A DNA stretch of 64,000 bases, from IMG/VR virus record IMGVR_UViG_3300023184_000093, positions 1 through 64,000 of that record, one strand, 5' to 3'. This stretch comes from a virus. Each line of letters opens with the position of its first letter. Position 1 is the first letter of the stretch. Position numbers and translations under genes: made by a program. A model generated the notes under the pieces. It saw only the letters and a list, made by a program, of their open reading frames with translations. It was not told the DNA's origin and did not search any database. Of the stretch, positions 1 to 12,400 are shown one piece after another.

Positions 1-1880
1 CTGGTTCAACAGGTACGCAGGGAGAGATTGGTTTCACCGGTAGCACAGGTACGCAGGGTGTAACTGGTTATACAGGTAGTACAGGTACTCAGGGAGAGAT
101 AGGTTTCACTGGTTCAACAGGTACTCAGGGCGAGATTGGTTTTACTGGTTCAACAGGTACTCAGGGCGAGATAGGTTTCACTGGTTCAACAGGTACTCAG
201 GGCGAGATAGGTTTCACTGGTTCAACAGGTACGCAGGGAGAGATTGGTTTCACCGGTAGCACAGGTACGCAGGGTGTAACTGGTTATACAGGTAGTACAG
301 GTACTCAGGGAGAGATAGGTTTCACTGGTTCAACAGGTACTCAGGGCGAGATTGGTTTTACTGGTTCAACAGGTACTCAGGGCGAGATTGGTTTTACTGG
401 TTCAACAGGTACTCAGGGCGAGATAGGTTTCACTGGTAGTACTGGTACTCAGGGCGAGATAGGTTTCACTGGTTCAACAGGTACTCAGGGCGAGATAGGT
501 TTCACTGGTAGTACTGGTACTCAGGGCGAGATAGGTTTCACTGGTAGTACTGGTACTCAGGGAGAGATAGGTTTCACTGGTAGTACAGGTACTCAGGGAG
601 AGATTGGCTTCACTGGTAGTACAGGTACGCAAGGTGTTACTGGATTTACTGGTTCAACCGGCACGCAGGGTGAGATTGGTTTCACTGGTTCAACCGGCAC
701 GCAGGGTGAGATTGGTTTCACTGGTTCAACAGGTACGCAAGGTTATACTGGTTTTACTGGTAGTCAAGGAGATAAAGGCGACCAGGGATTACAAGGTACT
801 ACTGGTACCCAAGGACCACGTGGCTATACAGGTGAGCAAGGTATTAGTGTCACTTTAATAGGAAGTACAGCAACTGTTGGTGGTCTTCCTGCAATAGGTA
901 ACCCAGGTGACGGATGGATTGTTGATGCAGATGGTGATCTGTATTTTTGGAATACTATTACATCTACATGGAATAATGTAGGTCAAATTGTTGGGCCACA
1001 GGGAGCAGAAGGTCTTCAAGGAAACATGGGACCACAAGGCCCTCAAGGTAATACAGGTACTCAAGGTATAATTGGTTTCACTGGTTCAACTGGTACTCAA
1101 GGTGTAACTGGATTTACTGGTAGTACAGGTACTCAGGGCGAGATTGGTTTTACTGGTAGTACTGGTACCCAGGGTATAACTGGTTATACAGGTAGTACTG
1201 GTACTCAAGGTGAGATTGGATTTACTGGTTCAACAGGTACACAAGGTATAACTGGTTATACAGGTAGTACAGGTACTCAGGGAGAGATAGGTTTTACCGG
1301 TTCAACAGGTACCCAGGGTATAACTGGTTATACAGGTAGTACAGGTACGCAAGGTGAGATTGGTTATACTGGTTCAACAGGTACTCAGGGTATAATAGGC
1401 TATACTGGTTCAGCTAGTACAGAAACTGGTTATACAGGTAGTGTTGGTTATACTGGTAGTACTGGCACGCAAGGCGAAATTGGTTTCACTGGTTCAACAG
1501 GTACCCAAGGTGAGATTGGATTTACAGGTAGTACAGGTACTCAGGGTATAATAGGCTATACTGGTTCGGCTAGTACAGAAACTGGTTATACAGGTAGTGT
1601 TGGTTATACTGGTTCAACAGGCACGCAAGGTATTACTGGATTTACTGGTTCAACTGGTACTCAGGGTGAGATTGGTTATACTGGTTCAACAGGCACGCAA
1701 GGTATTACTGGATTTACTGGTTCAACTGGCACACAAGGCGAAATTGGTTTCACTGGTTCAACTGGCACACAAGGTGAAATTGGTTTCACTGGTTCAACAG
1801 GTACTCAGGGTATTACTGGTTATACTGGTAGCCAAGGTGATCGCGGATGGACTGGTAGTATTGGTTATACAGGTAGTGCT
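1..1880 (+). repeat. 36-nt coding tandem repeat (GFTGSTGTQGEI unit), interrupted at about 840-1000
   Basis: The unit actggttcaacaggtactcagggcgagataggtttc occurs about 20 times in 1-740 and again, more degenerately, in 1050-1880. Confidence 0.95.
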
Positions 1881-2927
1881 GTAATAGGACTAAAAACTGA
1901 CACAACTGGCACAGTAACACTTAGTACAGGATTTAAATTTATTCCTGAAACCGATAAATTACAAGATTTAGGTTCTCCTGATAAACGATTTGGAACACTT
2001 TATCTAGCAGGAAACACTATTGATTTAGGTGGAACTACTTTATCAACTGCTCCAAGTGGTGGATTAGTAATAAACACATTAGTAATAGGAACCACACTTA
2101 CTAATGCTGTTATAACTTCTACCGGAAGTAACTTAGTAGTATTAGCAGATACAATTGAAACTGGTAATATTTCATCAACAGGAACAATTACAGCTACTAA
2201 TATAATAGTATATGGAACAACATCAGCAACATCAACTATTACTGGTTCTCTTGTTGTTGGTGGTGGTGTTGGTATTGGTGGTGATTTATATGTTGGTGGT
2301 GAAATAGTCGCACAAAAATTAACAATACAATATACCACAGTAACAACTACAATAGTAGAAACTGATGACATAATAAAAACAAATAATACAACTACTTCAA
2401 TTTCAACTTCTACAGGAGCGTTAATAATTGCTGGTGGTGCTGGGTTTGGCGGAGACTTAAATGTAGGTGGTTACATTAGATTAGGTACTACAACCACTGG
2501 TGTTACTATTAGTGTTGACGCTCAAAATAATATACGATTTACTTCAATTAATGGTACTATTTTAAATGGGTATACTGGTAGTACAGGTACGCAAGGCGGA
2601 TCTGGATTCACTGGTTCAGCAGGTACGCAAGGTGTACAAGGTTTAACCGGCAGTCAGGGTACACTAGGCAGACAAGGTACATACGGAATACAAGGTGTAC
2701 AAGGTTTAATTGGCAGTCAGGGTATACAAGGCGTACAAGGCCTGGGCATACAAGGCAGACAAGGTGTTCAGGGATTTGGTATACAAGGTGCTACGGGTAT
2801 ACAAGGTATAAAAGGCGAACCAGGAACCGGCGGCAGCGGTGGCGGTGGCAGCTATAATCTAGATGGCGGATATCCAAACACAAATTATGGTGGAATTTCC
2901 AGTTTGGACGGCGGCGGCGTAACTTGA
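3..2927 (+). CDS. Collagen-like (Gly-X-Y) tail fibre protein, 5'-truncated by the window edge
   Basis: Frame 3 is open from position 3 into the listed ORF 1026..2927. It has long GFTGSTGTQGEI repeats, a GALVVxGGVGIGG fibre motif and a C-terminal LDGG..LDGG motif. Confidence 0.85.
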   Translation, partial: GSTGTQGEIGFTGSTGTQGVTGYTGSTGTQGEIGFTGSTGTQGEIGFTGSTGTQGEIGFTGSTGTQGEIGFTGSTGTQGEIGFTGSTGTQGVTGYTGSTGTQGEIGFTGSTGTQGEIGFTGSTGTQGEIGFTGSTGTQGEIGFTGSTGTQGEIGFTGSTGTQGEIGFTGSTGTQGEIGFTGSTGTQGEIGFTGSTGTQGEIGFTGSTGTQGVTGFTGSTGTQGEIGFTGSTGTQGEIGFTGSTGTQGYTGFTGSQGDKGDQGLQGTTGTQGPRGYTGEQGISVTLIGSTATVGGLPAIGNPGDGWIVDADGDLYFWNTITSTWNNVGQIVGPQGAEGLQGNMGPQGPQGNTGTQGIIGFTGSTGTQGVTGFTGSTGTQGEIGFTGSTGTQGITGYTGSTGTQGEIGFTGSTGTQGITGYTGSTGTQGEIGFTGSTGTQGITGYTGSTGTQGEIGYTGSTGTQGIIGYTGSASTETGYTGSVGYTGSTGTQGEIGFTGSTGTQGEIGFTGSTGTQGIIGYTGSASTETGYTGSVGYTGSTGTQGITGFTGSTGTQGEIGYTGSTGTQGITGFTGSTGTQGEIGFTGSTGTQGEIGFTGSTGTQGITGYTGSQGDRGWTGSIGYTGSAVIGLKTDTTGTVTLSTGFKFIPETDKLQDLGSPDKRFGTLYLAGNTIDLGGTTLSTAPSGGLVINTLVIGTTLTNAVITSTGSNLVVLADTIETGNISSTGTITATNIIVYGTTSATSTITGSLVVGGGVGIGGDLYVGGEIVAQKLTIQYTTVTTTIVETDDIIKTNNTTTSISTSTGALIIAGGAGFGGDLNVGGYIRLGTTTTGVTISVDAQNNIRFTSINGTILNGYTGSTGTQGGSGFTGSAGTQGVQGLTGSQGTLGRQGTYGIQGVQGLIGSQGIQGVQGLGIQGRQGVQGFGIQGATGIQGIKGEPGTGGSGGGGSYNLDGGYPNTNYGGISSLDGGGVT

Positions 2928-2959
2928 TAAATACCTCTGAGCAGCTATAAAAGGTAAAA

Positions 2960-5900
2960 ATGGCAGTACAAATTCAATTTAGACGAGGAACGGCTTTCGA
3001 ATGGCATTCCGTTAATCCCAAACTCGCTGAAGCAGAAATGGGGATTGAAACCGATACCAATTTGTTTAAAATTGGAGACGGTATAAACTTTTGGGATGAC
3101 TTAGACTACGGCGGTATTCGCGGTTATACTGGTTCTGCAAGCACATCTACATTAAGCATGGCTGTTTCTAATGTTATCTACGTTAGTAAAAGCGGTAATG
3201 ACTTAAATGATGGACGTACATTAGCTAGTACAAAACTTACTATCGCGTCAGCAGTAGCGTCAGCTAGTACAGGTACTACTATTTTTGTTAAAAGCGGCGA
3301 TTATATTGAAAATACTCCTATTACAGTACCGGATTTTGTGTCAATTGTTGGTGATAATTTAAGATCTGTAACTGTTAGATCCACTACCTCCACTAACGAT
3401 ATATTCTATGTTAATAACGGTGTATATATTGCACATATGACATTTAAAGATCATGAAGCACCCGCAGCAGCAATATCATTTCCACTAGATGGCAGCGCAG
3501 GAGTTATATCAACAAGCCCATATGTACAAAACTGTACAAGTATGACCACGGATGGCACAGGTATGCGGGTTGATGGCAATTTAGCTCTAGGTACAAAGAG
3601 TATGGTTGTTGACGCATTTACACAATACAACCAGGGCGGTATAGGCATACATATGTTAAACAGCGGTTATACACAGCTAGTTTCTGTGTTTACCATTTGC
3701 TGTGATAAAGGCTTCTTGTGCGAATCGGGTGGATTTTGTTCTATTACAAATAGTAATAGTAGTTTTGGTAATTATGCATTATATGCAGACGGTGTAAGTG
3801 CGGTAAAATATACAGGTAATGTCAACGGTGATACTAATGGCAGAACATTTGTTATAGATAATTTAAGTACTAAACCTAGTATCGGCGATGCTATAAGTTT
3901 TGGGGACGGTAATTTTTATACTATTGCTGATAGTACATCATTTAAAACAGGTAATACTACTATAATATATCCTATTATTTCTGGAGAAGATGCAGGATTA
4001 AGAAATGCCAGACAAACTATTTTAAACGATAAATCTAAATTACAAGTTCAAACAATTAATCATATTCTAAAAATATTTCCAGGATTTGATTTTAATCAAT
4101 TTAAATGTAGTAGAGATGTAGGTACTATTTTAGATAGTGTATGCTACGATATGGTATTAGATACAAATTATCAAAGTATTTTGGCAGGAACAAGTTATTA
4201 TAGAGCAGCATCTTCTACAGTAGTTACCACACAATTGACTGAAACATTAAATGCTGTAACTTTCTTAAAAAATAAAGTTTTAGAATTATTAACTCCTGCT
4301 ACAACTGCCTATACTCGTATATCTAATCTATTTGATATAATATTAGATATTATGGAAAATGGATTAGGAGTTACACCTGCGTTTGCATTTAATCCTTCAT
4401 CAACATCTACAATATATGCTCAAAATGCTGTGCTTCAATTACAAGCCAATAAGAATTTTATTGCAGAGGAAACAGTAGCCTATGTAAGTGGATTTACTTA
4501 TAATACTGCCACTTGTTATAGAGATACTGGACTCATTGTTGATAGTATAGCATTTGATCTATTTTATGGTGGAACAAGTCAAAGTGTATTTGCAGGATTA
4601 CAATATTGGAGTCAGAATGGTTACGTTGGAGATATTCTTAATGAATTAACAACTACTACCGCTGCTATAGCTTATGTTAGGGACCAGGTTAGTGCAATTG
4701 CTAATACCCACGGTGGAACTACTCCACGTGATATAGTAATTGATAATTTTAATACAATTATAGATATTTTAAATACAGGTACAACAGGTGTTACAGATCG
4801 TATTGTTCCTAATGGGGTTGCATCCGTTGATACTGATATAAATTCTGCTTATATATCTATACTGGATGCTAAAGTCACTATACAAAATGATACAATTAAT
4901 TGGATAACAACAAACTATCCAGATTTTACTTATACTACTTCCACATGCTATAGAGATGTTGGATACATAATTGACAGCGTAGCATTTGACCTTCTACATG
5001 GAGGCAATAGACAAAGTATAATGAGTGGAGTTTATTATTATGGTTATAATACAAATTCTACTGCTACTGTTATTGCCAACGAAATTCCTCAAACTACTGC
5101 TGCATATAATTTTATAAAAAATATATCAGAAAAAATAATTACAAGTACAATAATAACAGCTACTTATCAAACTGTAGTAAGTCAATACCTATCAGCTTCT
5201 GTTGGAACTACTGCAGAAGCTCGTTTGATACATCAAAAAATATCTACTATAACAAATATTATTAATAATGGTCCAAGTGTTGCTCCACCACATGTACCAA
5301 TTGGATTAATTCCTAACAGCAATAGTAATTTCCAACATGCATTTGAATTATTATTGAATAATAGAGCATTCATACAGGCAGAAACTGTAGCATTTATTAA
5401 TACTAGCTATGTAGGAGTAGTATATAGCACAGCTACATGTAAACGAGATGTTGGATATATAATTGATGCTGTTAGTTATGACGTACTGTATGGTGGTAAT
5501 AGTCAAATCGCTGTAGCCGCTGATTCTTATTATGATGGTGCAGTATTTAGAATAGCCAATAGTGAAAAATTAGCCACAATTGCTGCTTATGAATTCATTA
5601 AAAGCATAGTTGACGATGTTATATTAAAAAATACTATAACTCCATTACAATTAGCAGTGGGACAAGATACTAGCAATGCCGTAGGTGATCAAACAACTTC
5701 TGATAATGCTCAAGCATTAATTGAAATAGTTGCTAATATTGTAGAAAATGCATATTCTAGCACAGTTACTTTACAACAGACATTGTCTACTATTGTTGAT
5801 GATAATACACCAGTAACATTCCAACAATATAGTTTAATTCAAAGTTCTGCACATAATTTTGAATGGATTGGTGCTGGTACAAATATAAATGCTGCATTAC

Positions 5901-6109
5901 CTTACCTAGGAGGAGAACCTATTACAGAAAATCAAGCTGTAGCGATTAATGGGGGCAAAGTATATTTTACAGGTACAGATCAAAAAGGAGATTTCAGAAT
6001 TGGTAATGACCTAGTTATAAATAACAACATAGGAACAATATCCGGAAGGACATTTACCAAAAGTCTGTTTGCGGTAATGACACCGTATATATTAGCAATT
6101 GGGGCATAA
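2960..6109 (+). CDS. Tail fibre/baseplate-associated protein with Mtd_N-like N-terminus, beta-helix region and repeated C.RD.G.I.D module
   Basis: N-terminal MAVQIQFRRGTA..W...NP.LA..E.G.ETDT..FKIGDG; VIYVSKSGND..DG motif; four C[SYK]RD[VT]G.I.D...[YF]D repeats typical of large T4-like phage structural proteins. Confidence 0.75.
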   Translation: MAVQIQFRRGTAFEWHSVNPKLAEAEMGIETDTNLFKIGDGINFWDDLDYGGIRGYTGSASTSTLSMAVSNVIYVSKSGNDLNDGRTLASTKLTIASAVASASTGTTIFVKSGDYIENTPITVPDFVSIVGDNLRSVTVRSTTSTNDIFYVNNGVYIAHMTFKDHEAPAAAISFPLDGSAGVISTSPYVQNCTSMTTDGTGMRVDGNLALGTKSMVVDAFTQYNQGGIGIHMLNSGYTQLVSVFTICCDKGFLCESGGFCSITNSNSSFGNYALYADGVSAVKYTGNVNGDTNGRTFVIDNLSTKPSIGDAISFGDGNFYTIADSTSFKTGNTTIIYPIISGEDAGLRNARQTILNDKSKLQVQTINHILKIFPGFDFNQFKCSRDVGTILDSVCYDMVLDTNYQSILAGTSYYRAASSTVVTTQLTETLNAVTFLKNKVLELLTPATTAYTRISNLFDIILDIMENGLGVTPAFAFNPSSTSTIYAQNAVLQLQANKNFIAEETVAYVSGFTYNTATCYRDTGLIVDSIAFDLFYGGTSQSVFAGLQYWSQNGYVGDILNELTTTTAAIAYVRDQVSAIANTHGGTTPRDIVIDNFNTIIDILNTGTTGVTDRIVPNGVASVDTDINSAYISILDAKVTIQNDTINWITTNYPDFTYTTSTCYRDVGYIIDSVAFDLLHGGNRQSIMSGVYYYGYNTNSTATVIANEIPQTTAAYNFIKNISEKIITSTIITATYQTVVSQYLSASVGTTAEARLIHQKISTITNIINNGPSVAPPHVPIGLIPNSNSNFQHAFELLLNNRAFIQAETVAFINTSYVGVVYSTATCKRDVGYIIDAVSYDVLYGGNSQIAVAADSYYDGAVFRIANSEKLATIAAYEFIKSIVDDVILKNTITPLQLAVGQDTSNAVGDQTTSDNAQALIEIVANIVENAYSSTVTLQQTLSTIVDDNTPVTFQQYSLIQSSAHNFEWIGAGTNINAALPYLGGEPITENQAVAINGGKVYFTGTDQKGDFRIGNDLVINNNIGTISGRTFTKSLFAVMTPYILAIGA

Positions 6110-6112
6110 AAT

Positions 6113-6454
6113 ATGGCAACCGCAACACTACCTTTAAATTCGTTTAAAACAAAAGCATTTGAATTAACTACAGTTACTCAAACAATCTATGAAACACCTG
6201 CTAATGTTACTACTATTGTATTAGGGGCACAAGCTACCAACATTGGAGGAATACCAGTTACTGTAAAGTTTACTTTGGTAAAAAATGCCACCGACTTTGT
6301 TATGCTCAAAGATTTTGAAATTCCAGTTAATGACGCATGTGAAGTTACAACAGGCAAATTAGTAATCGAATCTGGAGCAAGTATTACCGCTAGTGCTGGT
6401 GCAAATAATAGTGTTAATCTAGTTTTAAGCATATTAGAAACCAGCAATGAGTAA
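6113..6454 (+). CDS. Small virion structural protein
   Basis: 113 aa, beta-rich, ends in SILE; overlaps the start of the next gene. Confidence 0.6.
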   Translation: MATATLPLNSFKTKAFELTTVTQTIYETPANVTTIVLGAQATNIGGIPVTVKFTLVKNATDFVMLKDFEIPVNDACEVTTGKLVIESGASITASAGANNSVNLVLSILETSNE

Positions 6455-9400
6455 AAGTAGATTATTCAGCGGTAAGATAAAGAAATTAACCGGTGGTAAT
6501 CTCTCCGTTGATCGCTATGAATATTTAGATATAAGTCAAGCTGAACCAGATCTTGGATTACCATTTAATAATGGACAATTATTAGTTGGATATACCGATG
6601 GTGTAAGAATTTGGTCTAATACAATAACTAATGCTACTTTGGTTGGTGTTAATACTGTTACTGGAACACTGTTAATAACTACAGTAACAAATTCAATATC
6701 AACAGATACAGGTGCATTAATAGTAGAAGGCGGTGTTGGGATTGGTGGTGATCTATATGTTGGCGGATCTGTAACTGCTGGGTCATTTATTGGATCATTC
6801 ACTGGACTTGCAACTACCTCTACACTTGCAGAATTTGCCAATACTGCTACTTATGCTCTAAATTTCAACACAGGTACTTTGGTAGCCAATGCAGTTAGTG
6901 CTACAACATCTAACTTTGCTACTACAAGTGGTTTTGCGTTAAGTTTCAATACAGCAACATTAGTAGCACATGCAGTCTTAGCTGATACAGCTACAACATC
7001 TAACTTTGCAACTACAAGTGGATTTGCATTAAGTTTCAACACAAGCACTTTAGTATCTAATGCAGTTAGTGCTACAACATCTAACTTTGCAACTACTTCT
7101 GGTTTTGCGTTAAGTTTCAATACAGGTACTTTGGTAGCCAATGCAGTTAGTGCTACAACATCTAACTTTGCAACTACTTCTAGTTTTGCATTAAGTTTCA
7201 ACACAAGCACTTTAGTATCCAATGCAGTTAGTGCTACAACTTCTAACTTTGCTACTACAAGTGGATTTGCGTTAAGTTTCAATACAGGTACTTTAGTAGC
7301 TAATGCAGTACAAGCATCTTCTAGCACATATGCCGATGTTGCAGGAACTTCCTTAACTTTAAGTAGTGGAACATATACAATTGTTAATACAACAATATCA
7401 TTATCAACTACTACCGGTGCGTTGGTAGTAAACGGTGGTGTTGGTATTGGTGGTAATTTATATGTTGGTGGTGAAATAGTTGCACAAAAATTAACTATTG
7501 AATATACAACAATTACTACTACGCTGATTAAAACAGATGATATAATTCAAACATCTAATACTACTAATGCAACTACTTCAACTGATAGCGGTGCGTTAAA
7601 AATTGCAGGCGGTGCTAGTATTGGCATAGATTTATGGGTAGGCGGTGACGTATTTACTCAAGGTCAGAAAGTAATTACTACTGCTACTGTTAATGATTAT
7701 GCATCTAAAACTATTATTACAGCTGGTACAGATACTGCAATAAGCACTAGCACTGGTAATATTACAATTTGGAATACTAGCACTTTAGAAAGTGTAACCG
7801 GTAGAGGTAATACAACCAGCCATGCTATCAGGATCAATAATACTCTTACCAGCACATCTTCATTCTCTGACAATGCATTATATGTAGCAGGTGGTATTGG
7901 TGGTAATAGTGGATTTAATATCAATGGTGATGGATACTTACATGGCAATTTAAATGTTAGTGGTTATATCACCGGTACTAACATAACGTTAAATGTATTA
8001 TCTGCTAATAGTGCTACATTCTACGGTGATGTTACAGGTAGTGGTGCATTGTATGCGGGTGTGCTTGGTTATACTCCATTTGCACAAACGATGGCCCAAT
8101 TCACCGGTGATCTTAATGATTACATGGAAATTAATGTACAAAATATTAATCCAGGTAATTGGGCAAGTACAGATATTGTAGCAAGTGCGGATAATGTTAC
8201 TGAATCTAGTGCATTTATTGATATGGGTATTACCAGCAGTGGATGGGACGGAACTGCTCCTAATACGTTTGCAGATAATTTAGGACCCAATGATGGATAT
8301 TTGTTAGTTGGTGATAGTGAGTTTCCAACAGTTGGACATTTAGTAATTGGTACATTATCATCCGAAACTACTGTTAAAATTGTAGTAGCCGGTACTAACT
8401 CTAATTATGTTACTGCTATTTTCAATACTGCAACTACCCAATCAATATCAACAACTACAGGTGCATTAGTAGTACGTGGTGGTTTAGGTGTTGGTGGTGC
8501 AATCAATGCAATGAATACCAGCTATGTTGCTGGTTCAAGAATTTTAACTGCGGTTGATTTAGAAACAATTACACATACTGCTACATACATCACCAACAAT
8601 CCAGGCAGTGTATTTGGATTGGCTACAATTGCTAATACTACAACAGTTTATGGAACTTATGACTTTGGTAGTGTAAGTGATATTTGGACATTCAACGACT
8701 ATAATACTGGAACAAACACTGGCTATTATAGTATTCACGATGCGGCTACACAGCCTGCTCATATTGTTTATGTTGGTTTTAATGGTATTACAGATTTCAA
8801 TCGTATTGTATTGAATATTAACTATACACAAGCATCTGGACATACACAGGATATTGATTTATATAACTATACTCAAAGTCAATGGGATACATTTACTACC
8901 TATTCTGGATCTACCGGCTGGTTTGAATTTATTCTTGGCACAATTGATTCAGCACCATATATTTCCGGTGGTAAGGTTAGTCTTAGAATTTATCACGTTA
9001 GTTTTGGTAATATTAATCATAGAACCTGGATTGACTATGTTGCCTTAGAAAAGAGTAGTCAAGGTGGGCAGGGTCCTAGAGGTGCTACTGGAGCAACTGG
9101 TGCTCAGGGAGTGTTAGGATCACAAGGTATTCAAGGAACTTTTGGTACACAAGGTGTTCAAGGTACACAGGGTGTTCAGGGTCTAACCGGACAGCAAGGC
9201 GTACAAGGAGTTCAAGGTACACAAGGTGTTCAAGGTACACAAGGTGTTCAAGGTCTAACCGGACAACAAGGTGTTCAGGGTGTATTAGGACAACAAGGTG
9301 TTCAAGGTACACAAGGTGTTCAAGGTCTAACCGGACAGCAAGGCGTACAAGGCGTTTTAGGTCAACAAGGTACACAGGGTGTATTAGGAGAACAAGGTAC

Positions 9401-12400
9401 ACAGGGTGTATTAGGAGAACAAGGTGTTCAAGGTACACAGGGTGTTCAAGGTACACAGGGTGTATTAGGAGAACAAGGTACACAGGGTGTATTAGGAGAA
9501 CAAGGTGTTCAAGGTACACAGGGTGTATTAGGACAACAAGGAGTTCAAGGTGTATTAGGACAACAAGGAGTTCAAGGTGTATTAGGACAACAAGGTACAC
9601 AGGGTGTATTAGGACAACAAGGAGTTCAAGGTGTATTAGGACAACAAGGAGTTCAAGGTGTATTAGGACAACAAGGTACACAGGGTGTATTAGGAGAACA
9701 AGGAGTTCAAGGTGTATTAGGACAACAAGGTACACAGGGTGTATTAGGAGAACAAGGTACACAGGGTGTATTAGGAGAACAAGGTGTTCAAGGTACACAG
9801 GGTGTTCAAGGTGTTACTGGTAGCTTTACTGGAACAACCGCATTAGTAGTTAATATTACAAATACTAGTTCTAGCACATCAACTACTACCGGTGCATTAG
9901 TTGTAGAAGGTGGTGCTGGCATTGGTGGTAATTTAAATGTTGGTGGCAATTTATATGTAATAGGTGTTCTTACCGCAAGTAATTTTGTTGGTACATTTAC
10001 AGGTTCTGTAAGCGGAACTGCCGATGCCGCAATTTATATCACCGGTGGTGGTCCAGGACAATTATTATTTCAAACTGCTACCAATTCTACAAAATTTGTT
10101 AGCACAGGTACTACTGGTGATATTTTAGTAAGTTACGGAACAAGTTCTCCTACATTCCAAAATACATTAACATTAGCCGGATCTGCACAATCGTCATCAA
10201 CAAATACAGGTGCATTACAAGTAGTAGGTGGAGCAGGTATCGGTGGTAATTTATATATTGGTGGTAATTTATATTCAGGCGATCAGCGTATTGTCGCTAC
10301 TACAATAACAGCAGGTACTGATACAGCAATTAGTAGTAGTACTGGTGCTATTACAATTTGGAATACTAGTACATTACAAACAATTACTAATAGAGGAAAT
10401 TCTACTACTAATGCGATATTAATTACTAATACCACAAATACAACATCTACCAATACTGGTGCATTAACTGTTGGTGGTAGTGTTGGTGTTGGCGGTAATT
10501 TAAATGTTGCAAACAAATTAAAAATTGGTGCAAATTTAAATGAGACTTTATTACCTAATGTACCTCTACAGGTCACTGGTAATGTAAATGATTATTTACA
10601 AGTCAATATACAAAATCTTAACTCAAGCACTTTTGCTAGTACAGATCTAGTATTAACTTCTAATAAAGGCACCAATAGTAATTATTATGTAAATCTTGGT
10701 ATTAATAGCGAAAATTATGCAACACCAGATTTTGGAATAACAAATTCCAACGATGGCTACCTTATTAATAAAGGTGGAAATTTAGTTATCGCTACAGCCA
10801 ATACTGGAAAAACTATTGAATTCTGGACAGATGGTACTGTATTGCCTGGATCAACTCCTGATTTTGGAGCCACTACTGGTACACATATAATGAGTATGGG
10901 TACTGAAGGTGTTAAGATTTATAATACCACTTCATCTATAAGTTCTACAACTGGAGCACTACAAGTATTAGGTGGAGTCGGAATTCAAGGCGATCTACAT
11001 GTCGGCGGCCAAATTACTATTTTTGGAACAATACTTATAAATGGTTCAGAACAAGGATTAGGATGGACGGGTAGTGTAGGTTATACTGGTAGTAGAGCAT
11101 ATACAGGTAGTCAAGGTTATACAGGTAGTGCAGGTGATACAGGCCCTCAAGGAAATCGAGGTTATACAGGTTCAACAGGTACACAAGGACAAATAGGCTA
11201 TACAGGTAGTCTAGGTAATCAAGGACCTCAGGGTCAACAAGGTATACAAGGTAATCAAGGTGATATTGGATTTACCGGTAGCCGTAGTACAGAAACTGGA
11301 TATACAGGTAGTTTGGGATACTCAGGTAGTCAAGGCCCAGCAGGTACCAGTGTTGTAATTAAAGGTAGTACATCAACATATACATCTTTACCGGGATATC
11401 AAACACCACCAACACCAATGACTTATGCAGGAACTGCTGGTGACGGATATATAACACAAGATAATGGTTATTTAAATGTTTGGGATGGCAGTTTATGGAT
11501 TCCGGTTGGACAGTTTGTTGGCTATGCTGGTAGTTTTGGATATACTGGTAGTGCTGGATATACTGGTAGTCAGGGGTATACTGGTAGTCAAGGGTATACT
11601 GGTAGTCAAGGTTATACAGGTAGTGCTGGATATGTTGGTAGTGCTAGTACTGCTACTGGTTATACAGGTAGTATTGGATATACTGGTAGTCGAGGCGACA
11701 AAGGCGAAAGCTCTTATACATATTCTGCATTTCCACCAGCAGATCCAGTAGTAGGCGATCGTTGGTTTAATACTACCTATGGTATTGAACTTGTATATAC
11801 ACAAGACGCTGATAGTTATCAATGGATAGAAATATCTGCTAGTGGATATGTTGGACAATTTGGTTTTACTGGTAGTCAAGGTAGCACAGGTACCAGCGTT
11901 ATCATTAAAGGAACTACTTCAACATATACTTTATTGCCAGGTTATCCAAGTAGCTATACAGGTTTATTTAATGACACATATGTTGCCACCGATTCAGGAC
12001 ATATGTGGGTATGGAATGGTACAACATGGTTAGATGTTGGAAATATTATTGGATATACAGGAAGCCAAGGTGTACAAGGTCCAGAAGGTCCAGTCGGCGA
12101 TACAGGTGTACAAGGTAATAAAGGATATACAGGTAGTCAAGGTATAAAAGGTGATACTGGTAATACAGGGTATTGGGGTAGTAGAGGGTATACAGGTAGT
12201 GAAGGTATAAAAAGTGGATTACGATTCTATTTTGATGCAACCTCAAGTAATCCAGGTACAACACTAAATGGTAGTATACGATATAACAATACCGTTACTA
12301 CATCAACAACTGAGTTATATATTAGTACCACTGATGTAACTGGATCAAATATTTCTAATTGGTTGGCACAGTTTATACCTACAAGTAATTCTGGTTCACC

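Noticed and set aside
1-740. 36-nt periodic repeat resembling a CRISPR array
   Set aside because: There are no unique spacers; the units are contiguous, in frame and encode Gly-X-Y collagen.
2960-6109. Mtd_N-like domains suggesting a diversity-generating retroelement
   Set aside because: No reverse transcriptase and no template/variable repeat pair differing at adenines was seen in the window.
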